Part shown: positions 28,131 to 37,464 of the stretch, piece after piece
How positions within the stretch are numbered: position 1 is the first letter of the stretch
How the letters are laid out: every line of letters begins with the position of its first letter
Origin: Clostridia bacterium
Lineage (GTDB): Bacteria > Bacillota > Clostridia > Oscillospirales > CAG-382
Reading direction: 5' to 3'
NCBI GenBank assembly: GCA_017537345.1
Contig: JAFYKY010000004.1
Span: 43,126-107,125 of the forward strand
DNA length: 64,000 nt
Notes under the pieces: generated by a model
The model's database searches: none
The model's input: only the letters and a program-made list of their open reading frames with translations
Told to the model about the DNA's origin: nothing
Position numbers and translations under genes: made by a program

Positions 28131-29171
28131 ATGAAATTCCAAACAGACGAAAAATATTTTCTTTCCTGCCTTGAATCCCTTTTGGCTGTTCCCAGCCCTA
28201 CAGGATATTATGTAAAGTTGAATCCGCTGTTGGAGGAAATAACCCGCTCTCTTGGGGAAACGGTTACATACGATAACAAGAGCACTGCGTATATAACTTT
28301 GGAGGGCGAGGACACCTCCAAGACCGTGCTTGTAGGCGCCCACGCAGATACAATTGGTCTTATGGTACGCACCGTTGATGGTGACGGAAAGATACGTCTG
28401 CGTAATCTGGGCGGCGTAAACTATGCCAATCTGGAGGGAGAAACGGTTACTGTCCACACCCGCGACGGCAGGGAATACACGGGGCTTTTGGCGTGTCGAT
28501 CCCATTCCGTGCACGTTTTTAAGGATGCGAGGACCCTTGAACGAAACGAAGATACAATGGTTTTGCTTCTTGATGAGCGTGTGTCTTCCAAAGCGGACGT
28601 ATATGCTTTGGGCATAAGAAACGGAGATTTCGTTTCCGTTGATCCCCGTTTTCAGTATACTCAAAAGGGATATATAAAGGGCAGATTTTTGGATGACAAA
28701 GCGGCAATCGCCTGCTGCTTTACCGCCCTTAAATATCTTAAAGAAAACGGCTTGAAGCCCAAATATAATACTGTTTTCGCATTCCCTTACGGAGAGGAGA
28801 TAGGCTTGGGAGGCACTTACGTTCCCGAAAACGTTTCCGAATACGTAGCTCTTGATATCGGTCTTATCGGACCGGGGCTGGAGGGCAACGAATATTCCGT
28901 AAGCATTTGCGCCAAGGATGCAACCGCGCCTTATGATTACGAGCTTACTTCCCGACTTGTTTCTCTTGCTCAAAAAGCCGGATGCGATTATGCCGTGGAT
29001 GTGTTTATGAACTACGGTACCGACGCAAACGCCGCAATGCGTGCGGGCAATAATTTACGCGCCGCCGCTTTCGGTATGGCGGTCTATTGCAGCCACGGTA
29101 TGGAGCGCACCCATATAGACGGTATCAAAAATACCCTTGATCTGCTGCTTGCGTATATGTTGGATATATAA
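28131..29171 (+). CDS. M42 family glutamyl aminopeptidase (FrvX/YsdC/CelM-like)
   Basis: VGAHADTIGLMV, FLDDKAAIA and EEIGLGG motifs. 346 aa. Confidence 0.75.
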   Translation: MKFQTDEKYFLSCLESLLAVPSPTGYYVKLNPLLEEITRSLGETVTYDNKSTAYITLEGEDTSKTVLVGAHADTIGLMVRTVDGDGKIRLRNLGGVNYANLEGETVTVHTRDGREYTGLLACRSHSVHVFKDARTLERNEDTMVLLLDERVSSKADVYALGIRNGDFVSVDPRFQYTQKGYIKGRFLDDKAAIACCFTALKYLKENGLKPKYNTVFAFPYGEEIGLGGTYVPENVSEYVALDIGLIGPGLEGNEYSVSICAKDATAPYDYELTSRLVSLAQKAGCDYAVDVFMNYGTDANAAMRAGNNLRAAAFGMAVYCSHGMERTHIDGIKNTLDLLLAYMLDI

Positions 29172-29264
29172 ATTTACTTCAAATTCAAATTAACGTATCA
29201 TATTATTCAAAAAAGTGTTATAATATGTAAAGGTAAGATATTGCTTTGCGAAAGGAGATAATTT

Positions 29265-29846
29265 ATGAGAATTTGTGTTTTCGGCGCGGCATCGCCTACA
29301 ATAGATCCCGAATATATGGAAAAGGTTGAAGCTCTGGGCAAGGAAATGGCTTTGCGCGGACACTCCCTCGTTTTCGGCGGAGGAGGACACGGTCTTATGG
29401 GCGCCGCCGCAAAGGGTGTTAAAAGCGGAGGCGGATATATTTTAGGCGTTATTCCCGAATTTTTCGGGGAAGAGGACGTGGAGATAGTCTATCCCCACTG
29501 CGACGAGCTTATAGAGCCCGAAACCATGCGTCAGCGCAAGCAGATAATGGAAGATAATTCGGATGCGTTTATAGTAGTTCCCGGCGGGATCGGCACCTTT
29601 GAGGAATTTTTCGAAATCCTCACGCTCAAGCAGCTTTGCCGTCATAACAAGCCCATAGCCATCTTCAACGTAAAGAATTATTATTCGGAGCTTAATACCT
29701 TAATGGAAACGGCTATGCAAAAGAATTTCGTTCACGAAAACTGTAGATCTCTTTACACCGTAACCGACGATATGCAAAAGCTGTTTGAATATATAGAAGC
29801 CCCTGCGGAAAACGGATTTTCCGTAAATGAACTTAAAAAAGGCTGA
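29265..29846 (+). CDS. LOG family protein (TIGR00730; cytokinin riboside 5-prime-monophosphate phosphoribohydrolase-like)
   Basis: MRICVFGAAS, FGGGGHGLMGAAA and PGGIGTFEE motifs. Confidence 0.8.
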   Translation: MRICVFGAASPTIDPEYMEKVEALGKEMALRGHSLVFGGGGHGLMGAAAKGVKSGGGYILGVIPEFFGEEDVEIVYPHCDELIEPETMRQRKQIMEDNSDAFIVVPGGIGTFEEFFEILTLKQLCRHNKPIAIFNVKNYYSELNTLMETAMQKNFVHENCRSLYTVTDDMQKLFEYIEAPAENGFSVNELKKG

Positions 29847-29865
29847 TCTTTTTCACCCATAAAAA

Positions 29866-29897
29866 ACGGAAGTCTGCGCAAGCAGGCTTCTTTTTTG
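29866..29897 (+). terminator. putative rho-independent terminator
   Basis: GAAGTCTGCGCAAGCAGGCTTC hairpin followed by TTTTTTG. Confidence 0.5.
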
Positions 29898-29969
29898 TAT
29901 AGTGTAAACAAATCACCCCACGCAAAAATGTGCAATGTGTAAAAACGTAAAATAATCTCGTGATACCTA

Positions 29970-29998
29970 TTGACAATCACGTGACCATATGATATAAT
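29970..29998 (+). promoter_or_regulatory. consensus sigma-A promoter
   Basis: TTGACA (29970-29975), exactly 17 nt spacer, TATAAT (29993-29998). Confidence 0.7.
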
Positions 29999-30036
29999 CA
30001 AACCGTACCAAGAAAGACCGAACAGGAGGTAATAAT

Positions 30037-30591
30037 ATGGCAGGAACGTTCCCGGGAACTACCATAGAGGTAAGCGCCCTTACCAAAGGGAGCTCCAAAG
30101 CTTTGTTTGACGGTGTTTTTGCGGCAGGGGGAATAACTCTTTCCCAGGTTTCCGTTATGACAGGCTTGGAGCCTTACGTTATACAAAATTGGGTGAAAAG
30201 AGGTTTTCTCACCTCACCTGTAAAAAGATTATATTCACGCCAGCAGTTTGCTCGTATACTTATTATAAATATGCTCCGCGATTCCTTGCAGATAGAGCGT
30301 ATCTGCGGACTTATACAGATAATCGGCGGCGAGCTTGACGATCCGGACGATGATCTCATAAGCGATAACGAGCTGTACCACAGATACGTGGATATGCTTT
30401 CGGACGTCCGTCTTGAAACTGTGGACGAAGCTACCGTTTTCAAAGCGGCGCAGACAGCGGCGCAGGGGTTTACGGAACGTGTCCCCGGCGAAATGAAAAA
30501 GCTGTGTACGCTTTTGGTGGTTATGTTCTACGCTCACGGCGCCTCCCGAATTCGGGATAAGGCAGTTGAGCTGCTCTCTACTTTGAATTAA
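30037..30591 (+). CDS. DUF1836-like protein with MerR-type HTH-like segment
   Basis: GGAGG RBS. LTGLEPYVIQNWVKRGFL resembles a MerR-family recognition helix. Acidic middle DDPDDDLISD. Confidence 0.45.
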   Translation: MAGTFPGTTIEVSALTKGSSKALFDGVFAAGGITLSQVSVMTGLEPYVIQNWVKRGFLTSPVKRLYSRQQFARILIINMLRDSLQIERICGLIQIIGGELDDPDDDLISDNELYHRYVDMLSDVRLETVDEATVFKAAQTAAQGFTERVPGEMKKLCTLLVVMFYAHGASRIRDKAVELLSTLN

Positions 30592-30627
30592 AATTTACGA
30601 AAATAAATTAAGGAAAGGAAACGCGTT

Positions 30628-31266
30628 ATGGCTATTCTTGAATGGTGGAATTCTCTTAGCTTGGTGGCGCAAATATTCTATTGTATAGCAGTTCCCTCTA
30701 CACTCTTTCTTCTTGTCCAGACGATACTTATGTTTATCGGTATGGGCAACGACGGAGATGCGGACGGAGCAGACACAGACGTTGACGATGCAGGCGATAT
30801 GGATGCCGATGCAGACGAAGACTTCGGATTTGACGAGGATCTGGACCCCAACGGTCTTGACGGACTCCGTATATTTACCGTAAGAGGGGTTATAGCATTC
30901 CTGGTAATATTCGGCTGGATGGGCGCTCTGCTCGAATCTATGAACGTGGCATTGTGGATAAACATTCCCATATCCGCCCTTTGCGGCTTTGCGATGATGC
31001 TTGCGCTTGCTTTTATATTCAAAGCAATAATGCAGCTCAGAAGCGACGGAACCATAGATATCCGCAACGCCATAGGATCTGCAGGCAAGGTACATCTTAC
31101 CATTCCTCCTTCCAGAATGGGCGAAGGTAAGGTACACATACTGATTCAGGGCTCCTACGTGGAGCGGGATGCGGTTACAGACGAACCCGACCCCATTCCC
31201 ACAGGCAGTGAAGTGGTTGTTGTCCGTGTAAGCGGCGAAACCACTCTTGTAGTAAGAAAAAAATAA
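30628..31266 (+). CDS. NfeD-like membrane protein (flotillin-associated, C-terminal OB-fold) with acidic Asp/Gly/Ala-rich loop
   Basis: TM helices, then loop GNDGDADGADTDVDDAGDMDADADEDFGFDEDLD, more TM, then C-terminal beta domain KVHILIQGSYVERDAVTDEPDPIPTGSEVVVVRVSGETTLVV typical of NfeD/YuaF. Immediately upstream of flotillin. Confidence 0.65.
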   Translation: MAILEWWNSLSLVAQIFYCIAVPSTLFLLVQTILMFIGMGNDGDADGADTDVDDAGDMDADADEDFGFDEDLDPNGLDGLRIFTVRGVIAFLVIFGWMGALLESMNVALWINIPISALCGFAMMLALAFIFKAIMQLRSDGTIDIRNAIGSAGKVHLTIPPSRMGEGKVHILIQGSYVERDAVTDEPDPIPTGSEVVVVRVSGETTLVVRKK

Positions 31267-31303
31267 AAACAAACATAAAAAATAAATTTTTCGGAGGAAA
31301 ATT

Positions 31304-32698
31304 ATGAACCCCATTATCATCGTTTTGATCTGTGCAGCAGTACTTATCCTTATGTCTTTTGCACTCTGGGCTTTTTCCAGATACAAGAGATGCCCTTCCG
31401 ATAAGATACTCGTAATCTACGGCCGTATCGGCAAAAACAAAGACGGCACGACCCGCAGCTCCAAGTGTATCCACGGCGGCGCTCAGTTCGTATGGCCCGT
31501 GATCCAGTCCTATTCTTATCTGGACCTCACGCCTATCTCCATTCAGGTAGACCTTAAGAACGCCCTTTCCAGACAGAACATCCGTATCGACGTTCCCTCC
31601 AGATTTACCGTTGGTATTTCTACCGAAGCCGGCGTAATGCAAAACGCCGCAGAGCGTTTGCTGGGCTTACAGCTTTCCGAAATTCAGGAACTTTCAAAGG
31701 ATATCATCTTCGGTCAGCTCCGTCTGGTTATCGCAACGATGGATATTGAAGAGATCAACACCGACCGTGATAAATTCCTGGCAGCAGTTTCTTCCAACGT
31801 AGAAACCGAGCTTAAAAAGATCGGTCTCCGTCTTATCAACGTTAACGTAACCGATATCAGCGATGAATCCGGATACATTGCAGCACTTGGTAAAGAAGCC
31901 GCTGCAAAGGCTATCAACGATGCTAAGAAGAGCGTTGCAGAGCAGGATAGAGAAGGTTCTATCGGTGAAGCAAACGCAAAGATGGAACAGCGTATCAAGG
32001 TTTCCGAAGCAGATTCTATAGCTATTCAGGGTGAAAACGAAGCAAAGATGAAGATCGCTATGTCCGAAGCCGCCCTCAAGGAAAAGCAGGCAGAGGCAAT
32101 GAAGATCGCTACTACCGCAGAAAAGATTCAGGAAGCAAAGGCACTGGAAGAATCCTATGCGGCACAGCAGGCAGCAGAAGAAGCACGCCGTGCAAAAGAG
32201 CAGGCTACTTTGGAAGCAGACATCATCGTACGCGCAGAAGCAAAGAAGAAGGAGATCGAGCTGGAAGCAGAAGCAGAAGCAGAAAGACTCCGCAGAAAAG
32301 CAAAGGGTGAAGCAGACGCTATCTACGCAAAGATGGAAGCAGAAGCACGCGGTGTTGAAGAAATACTCAAAAAGCAGGCTGCAGGTTTTGCAGAAATTGT
32401 TAAATCCGCAGGCGGCGACCCCGAAGCTGCTCTCAAGCTCCTTATTGCAGATAAGCTGGAAGACCTTATGCGTGTTCAGGTTGATGCTGTTAAGGGCATT
32501 AAGATCGATAAGGTTACCGTTTGGGACGGCGGCCAGGGCGGCGACGGCAAGACCGCAACCGCAAACTTTATCTCCGGTATGATGAAATCCGTACCTCCTC
32601 TTGACGAGGTATTCGCAATGGCAGGTATGCAGCTTCCCCCCATTCTCGGCAAAAAGCTTGATGAAGCGGGCATAGAAACTACAGCCACCGAACAGTAA
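31304..32698 (+). CDS. flotillin-like SPFH/band 7 protein (YuaG/FloT-like)
   Basis: N-terminal TM. SPFH domain. Long Ala/Glu/Lys-rich coiled-coil region (EAEAEAERLRRKAKGEADAIYAKMEAEARG) and C-terminal tail. Confidence 0.8.
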   Translation: MNPIIIVLICAAVLILMSFALWAFSRYKRCPSDKILVIYGRIGKNKDGTTRSSKCIHGGAQFVWPVIQSYSYLDLTPISIQVDLKNALSRQNIRIDVPSRFTVGISTEAGVMQNAAERLLGLQLSEIQELSKDIIFGQLRLVIATMDIEEINTDRDKFLAAVSSNVETELKKIGLRLINVNVTDISDESGYIAALGKEAAAKAINDAKKSVAEQDREGSIGEANAKMEQRIKVSEADSIAIQGENEAKMKIAMSEAALKEKQAEAMKIATTAEKIQEAKALEESYAAQQAAEEARRAKEQATLEADIIVRAEAKKKEIELEAEAEAERLRRKAKGEADAIYAKMEAEARGVEEILKKQAAGFAEIVKSAGGDPEAALKLLIADKLEDLMRVQVDAVKGIKIDKVTVWDGGQGGDGKTATANFISGMMKSVPPLDEVFAMAGMQLPPILGKKLDEAGIETTATEQ

Positions 32699-32836
32699 TC
32701 ACAAAACGCCCGCACGTGCGTAAACGTGTATAACACAAATATATAGTGACGCCAAACCACTGTATATACTCCGACTCCGTGGGGCTGCTCAAACGTAGCA
32801 GCCCTTCGGGGAAGACCTTGAAAGGTGTTTTAAAAA

Positions 32837-33208
32837 ATGGCTAATTATAAATATAATTACAACGAAGAACCCGCGCCTCCCGCTCCCAAGGATGTTGAAC
32901 CCCACAAATACTATACCGTTTATCCCAATAACGTGTTGGTAATGGGTATACTTTCATTTATATTTTCATTGGGCTGGATCGGTCTTTTCCTTGCCTTGTA
33001 CGCCCTGCAAAAGGAAAGAATATACCGCCGCGAACACGAAGGCGAAACCTGCACCAAGGTAAAGATCGGTAAGATATTCGCTATTTCAAGTATCGTTATT
33101 CTGGGCGTTGCTGTTACCGCAAGCCTTGCATATTACATAATCATTCCCATCGTATTTGCTCCGGAAGAGGTTTCCCAGGTATTTGCTCATTTTTATTCCT
33201 TTATATAA
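32837..33208 (+). CDS. small two-TM membrane protein with Pro-rich N-terminus (DUF4190/CD225-like)
   Basis: MANYKYNYNEEPAPPAPKDVEPHKYY followed by two hydrophobic helices. Confidence 0.4.
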   Translation: MANYKYNYNEEPAPPAPKDVEPHKYYTVYPNNVLVMGILSFIFSLGWIGLFLALYALQKERIYRREHEGETCTKVKIGKIFAISSIVILGVAVTASLAYYIIIPIVFAPEEVSQVFAHFYSFI

Positions 33209-33230
33209 AAAAAATTAAGGCGGATTTGAA

Positions 33231-33923
33231 ATGTATAACGTAACCGAAAAACAAATTAAAGTAGATAATCGTATACAAGGCGCGGCGCTTGCGTTTGTGT
33301 TTTTGCTTTTTCTGGGTATGATGGCAGGATATATGGTGATGCTGGTATCCTCGGCTTTGAATTACGAACCCAACGAGCTCACCACTCCCATCGCCGTTAA
33401 GCTGGTATACGCATCCTATGCTGTCGGCGGGTTATTGATGTTATTGTTTTGCGTCTTTTGCGTTTACGTTGTAGTGAACGGCATTCGCGCCGCTTTGTAC
33501 GTATACGTTTTCGATCAGCTTGGCGTAAGCCGCGTTTCTCTCTTTGGACAAAAGCTCATTCCTTGGGAAAACGTAAAGGACTACGGAGTTTCATTCAAGC
33601 ACACCCGCCGCACAAGACACGGCATAAACATAGGCAGAGCGTACACCTTGTACGTTTCGGACAAAGCGTGTCCCACAAAAAGTTCAAACAAAAAAGATCT
33701 TTCCGGCGTGTTTTTCAGACTTTCGTTCAGTCTGGGCTACCAAAGAGATATGGGTTATTTTGCGGCCCGCAGACAGGGTGAATACGAACGCCAGATGCTT
33801 GCCTTTTGCGCAGAGCATACGGATATAGAGCCCTTTATCGCATCCAACGCCACGGGACTTCTCGAACCCACGCTTGAAAGTCCCTCAGACAAATTAAAAG
33901 AGAAATTCCGTCCGAAAAAATAA
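33231..33923 (+). CDS. membrane protein of unknown function, paralog A of tandem pair
   Basis: Two N-terminal TM helices, then a cytoplasmic domain with YVYVFDQLGVSRVSLF and ARRQGEYERQMLAFCAEHT. Clear paralog of the gene at 34709 (compare MYNVTEKQIKVDNR with MYTITENQIKVSNR). Confidence 0.45.
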   Translation: MYNVTEKQIKVDNRIQGAALAFVFLLFLGMMAGYMVMLVSSALNYEPNELTTPIAVKLVYASYAVGGLLMLLFCVFCVYVVVNGIRAALYVYVFDQLGVSRVSLFGQKLIPWENVKDYGVSFKHTRRTRHGINIGRAYTLYVSDKACPTKSSNKKDLSGVFFRLSFSLGYQRDMGYFAARRQGEYERQMLAFCAEHTDIEPFIASNATGLLEPTLESPSDKLKEKFRPKK

Positions 33924-33934
33924 GAGGTGTGTAT

Positions 33935-34588
33935 ATGCTTCTTCCCGAATCCTTACAAAAGCTACGCATAAAAACGTATATTAAACGCTTTCTTCTGTGC
34001 ATACTTTTGTTTTCTGTTATTACCGCTTTGGTGTATTATTATCGTGAAACCATATTTTCCTATGAGCTTATACCGCCCTTTGCCATTGCCTGCATAGGCA
34101 TTGCAGTGTATTCCGTGCCCTTCGGTGTATCGGGAATACCGCTTACTTTGTTTGATCGTGATTGGGAAGGCGTTATCACGGCGATAGATATAAAAACCAA
34201 TACGGATACATATAACATAGGCGGTAAGCCTTACAAGTATTATAAAAACGATATCGTGCTTACCATTCAAAAACAAAACGGAAAAATAGTAAAGCATATA
34301 GCAAAATCCTTGGGTGTAAAAGAACGGGTCGGCATCAACTCCACCATTATGGGAAACGCACACAGTGTTGCAACCGGCAAAATAGAAAACCACGTTGATG
34401 AATTTTCCGTTGGCGATAAGGTATATCACTTTTACGGATTCAAATATAATTTTTACGTACACGAGCCTCACGAGGAGCATAGACACTGTATCGTCTGCGG
34501 TACTACGAATAATTTTCACAGCAAAACCTGCTGGAACTGCCGCAGCGAGCTTGTAAAGCATAAGCTTACGTACGGTAATAAGTATTAA
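33935..34588 (+). CDS. membrane-anchored protein with C-terminal CxxC...CxxC zinc-ribbon
   Basis: AAGAGG RBS. Two TM helices. Beta-rich middle. C-terminus HRHCIVCGTTNNFHSKTCWNCRSEL. Confidence 0.45.
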   Translation: MLLPESLQKLRIKTYIKRFLLCILLFSVITALVYYYRETIFSYELIPPFAIACIGIAVYSVPFGVSGIPLTLFDRDWEGVITAIDIKTNTDTYNIGGKPYKYYKNDIVLTIQKQNGKIVKHIAKSLGVKERVGINSTIMGNAHSVATGKIENHVDEFSVGDKVYHFYGFKYNFYVHEPHEEHRHCIVCGTTNNFHSKTCWNCRSELVKHKLTYGNKY

Positions 34589-34708
34589 AAAGATTAGTGT
34601 CCTTATCATAGTATTCTCCTTGTACTCAAAAGCGGTCGGGCACTTTCCCCCGACCGCTTGCGCCCCCCGCAAAAGCTTTTACAACGCTTGAAACCGAGGT
34701 GAGCAATA

Positions 34709-35380
34709 ATGTATACCATAACGGAAAATCAAATTAAAGTAAGCAACAGAAAAATGGGAATTGCATTTTCCGTAGTTTTCTCTGTTGTGTTTTTCATAGC
34801 TGTCATTGCAGAAACGATCTTGATTGATTATTTTTCAAATTATAACGTAGCGGAAAAAGGTGTAAACGCCGAATATTTTCTGTGGAAATTTGTGGCTGTT
34901 TTTCTGTTTGTATACTGCATAGCGGCAGTTTTCGCTATAAGAGAAGGTGTACTTCTCGCAAGATACGTTTACGTTTTTGATAAATTTGGTATAAGCCGCA
35001 TTTCCTTTTCCAAAAAAGAGTTTCTCGCCTGGAAGGACGTAAGAGATTACGGATTTTCATTTAAAAACCGGTATAAGGGCAGTTATCAGTATTCATTTTA
35101 CGTTTCCAACAAGGGATGCCCCCAAAAGAGCTCAAAGAAAAAAGATGTTTCGGATGTATTTCTGCAAATTCCCGTGGCTTTTCAGAACAATTGGGAAACG
35201 GAATACTTTGAAGCCCGCAGATATGGCGAATGCGAGCGCCAGTTGCTTGCTTTCTGCGCCCAATATACAAATGTTAATCCTTTTATTCCATACGATGTGC
35301 ATCGCTTTTTGAATCCCGATACAAAAGGTCCTATGGAAAGATTGCGTGATAAATTGCATGAAAAAGATTTGAAAAAATAA
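34709..35380 (+). CDS. membrane protein of unknown function, paralog B of tandem pair
   Basis: GAGGTGAG RBS. YVYVFDKFGISRISFS, ARRYGECERQLLAFCAQYT. Confidence 0.45.
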   Translation: MYTITENQIKVSNRKMGIAFSVVFSVVFFIAVIAETILIDYFSNYNVAEKGVNAEYFLWKFVAVFLFVYCIAAVFAIREGVLLARYVYVFDKFGISRISFSKKEFLAWKDVRDYGFSFKNRYKGSYQYSFYVSNKGCPQKSSKKKDVSDVFLQIPVAFQNNWETEYFEARRYGECERQLLAFCAQYTNVNPFIPYDVHRFLNPDTKGPMERLRDKLHEKDLKK

Positions 35381-35389
35381 CCCAAAACC

Positions 35390-35425
35390 AAAAGCCGTTG
35401 TCTTTTTTGACAACGGCTTGAATTT
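35390..35425. terminator. rho-independent terminator
   Basis: AGCCGTTGTC-TTTTTTG-ACAACGGCT. Confidence 0.6.
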
Positions 35426-35472
35426 TGTCGGGGTCCCCAAAAATCCGTGGGATTTTAGGGGTGGTTTGTTTT

Positions 35473-35907
35473 TTATAAAAACGTGCGTATATCCACAGCC
35501 AGCTTTTCTTCAAGGTTTATAAGGCGCTTTGTAATATCCTTTGAAACCTCGTCCGCCGCTTTATATTGGTTAAGGTACTTGTTTAAGGATTTAACCCCCA
35601 TATTGCAACCGTCGGTTATAAGGTCTGCAATGGTTTTATCGTTTTCCTTCATACCCAGCTTGAATTCCGTTTTAAGCATAGACATTCCCTTTGCGATAGG
35701 GGAAGGGTCTTTTCCCTCGTCCTCGTATTTATCCAGAAGCTGTTGCAGCTCCTCGTCAAGCTCATCGTGTTCCTCCTTGCAATCGGATAAATACTGCCAC
35801 AGCGTATCGTCCTTAACGTAATCCAGCACGCTTTCTATTGAGCTTACGCCCATTTTTACTCCCGCGTCGCATTCTCTAAGCAGCTTTATGGTATCTTGCT
35901 CTATCAT
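35473..35907 (-). CDS. hypothetical acidic cytoplasmic protein
   Basis: 144 aa, helical, Asp/Glu-rich. No recognisable motif. Confidence 0.35.
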   Translation of the reverse strand: MIEQDTIKLLRECDAGVKMGVSSIESVLDYVKDDTLWQYLSDCKEEHDELDEELQQLLDKYEDEGKDPSPIAKGMSMLKTEFKLGMKENDKTIADLITDGCNMGVKSLNKYLNQYKAADEVSKDITKRLINLEEKLAVDIRTFL

Positions 35908-36047
35908 TTTTTCAAAAATTCCTTTCGCTTTTATATATAAAAAGTATACCCGTTTTCTGGGAATGTATTTCCTTTTTATATCTTTTATTTTGAAAACGAA
36001 TGTGTTATAATTACGTAAGGTAACTACCCGTAAAGGAGTAAAATATA

Positions 36048-36716
36048 ATGCATATTTCCGAAATACTTAAAAAATGCGACCATACCCTCCTTGCCCAGTC
36101 GGCTACCTGGGAAGAAATAAAGGCTATCTGTGATGACGGTATCAAATATTCCACGGCCTCTGTCTGCATTCCCGCGGCCTACGTTAAGCAGGCAAAGGAA
36201 TACGTGGGGGATAAATTGAAGATATGCACGGTTATCGGCTTCCCCAATGGATATTCCACAACCGCAACCAAGCTTTTTGAATGCGCGGACGCTCTTTCGA
36301 ACGGCGCGGACGAAATAGATACGGTCATAAATATCGGGTATCTCAAATCCCGAAGATACGAAGAAATACTTTACGAGCTTACAGAGCTTAAAAAAGTGTG
36401 CGGAGATAAGATATTGAAGGTCATTATCGAAACCTGCCTGCTTACAGACGAAGAAAAAATAAAAATGTGCGGTATCGTAACTGAATCCGGCGCAGATTAT
36501 ATCAAAACCTCCACGGGATTTTCCAAAGGCGGCGCAACCAAAGAGGACGTGGCGCTGTTTGCAAAGCATATAGGCAAGGGAGTGCGCATAAAGGCAGCAG
36601 GCGGAATTTCTTCTTTGGAGGATGCAGAGGCGTTTATCGCTCTGGGAGCAGACCGTCTTGGCACCAGCAGAATTGTAAAAATAGCAAAAAATCTTGCCGA
36701 TGACGGCAGTTATTAA
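36048..36716 (+). CDS. deoC: deoxyribose-phosphate aldolase
   Basis: [22 protein letters not shown] and VRIKAAGGI (Schiff-base Lys region). AAAGGAG RBS. Confidence 0.85.
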   Translation: MHISEILKKCDHTLLAQSATWEEIKAICDDGIKYSTASVCIPAAYVKQAKEYVGDKLKICTVIGFPNGYSTTATKLFECADALSNGADEIDTVINIGYLKSRRYEEILYELTELKKVCGDKILKVIIETCLLTDEEKIKMCGIVTESGADYIKTSTGFSKGGATKEDVALFAKHIGKGVRIKAAGGISSLEDAEAFIALGADRLGTSRIVKIAKNLADDGSY

Positions 36717-36735
36717 TAAAAAGGAGATATGAATT

Positions 36736-37464
36736 ATGAGCCAGCATACACCTCACATTAAAGCGACCTCGGCAGATTTTGCAAAGACCGTGCTTATGCC
36801 CGGCGATCCTTTGCGCTCCAAATTCGTTGCGGAAAACTTTTTAAAAGACGCTGTTCTGGTAAACAACGTAAGAGGAATTCAGGGATATACGGGTACATAT
36901 AACGGCGTGCCCGTTTCTGTAATGGCAAGCGGTATGGGAATGCCCTCTATCGGCATTTATTCCTACGAGCTGTTTAATTTCTTCGGTGTGGAAAATATTA
37001 TACGTATCGGCTCTGCAGGCGGCTTGGCAGACAAGGTTCAGCTTCGTGATATCATTATCGGTATGGGCGCCTGCACCAATTCTTCTTATCAGGAACAGTA
37101 TAATTTGGGCGGAAACTATGCGCCCGTTGCGGATTATACTCTTTTGCGCAAAACGGTAGAGGAAGCAGAAAAGCTGGGCGTAAGATACCACGTGGGCAAT
37201 ATGCTTTCTTCCGATGTGTTTTATCATGCAGACCCTGCTTTTAACGACGGATGGTATAAAATGGGCGTGCTTGGCGTGGAAATGGAAGCCGCCGCTTTGT
37301 ATATGAACGCCGCCGCCGCGGGAAAACGCGCTCTTGCAATATGCACCGTGTCCGATCATATTCTCCGCGGCGAAGCGCTGGATGCCGATGCAAGACAAAG
37401 CACGTTTACGGATATGATGACTATCGCCCTCAACGTGGCGGCATCTTTTGAGGAAAATAAATGA
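36736..37464 (+). CDS. deoD: purine nucleoside phosphorylase DeoD-type
   Basis: HIKATSADFAKTVLMPGDPLRSKF...GMGMPSIGIYSYEL. 242 aa. Confidence 0.85.
   Translation: MSQHTPHIKATSADFAKTVLMPGDPLRSKFVAENFLKDAVLVNNVRGIQGYTGTYNGVPVSVMASGMGMPSIGIYSYELFNFFGVENIIRIGSAGGLADKVQLRDIIIGMGACTNSSYQEQYNLGGNYAPVADYTLLRKTVEEAEKLGVRYHVGNMLSSDVFYHADPAFNDGWYKMGVLGVEMEAAALYMNAAAAGKRALAICTVSDHILRGEALDADARQSTFTDMMTIALNVAASFEENK

Noticed and set aside
32270-32300. GAAGCA tandem DNA repeat
   Set aside because: Lies inside the flotillin coiled-coil coding region (EAEAEAE), so it is coding low complexity and not a VNTR or regulatory repeat.
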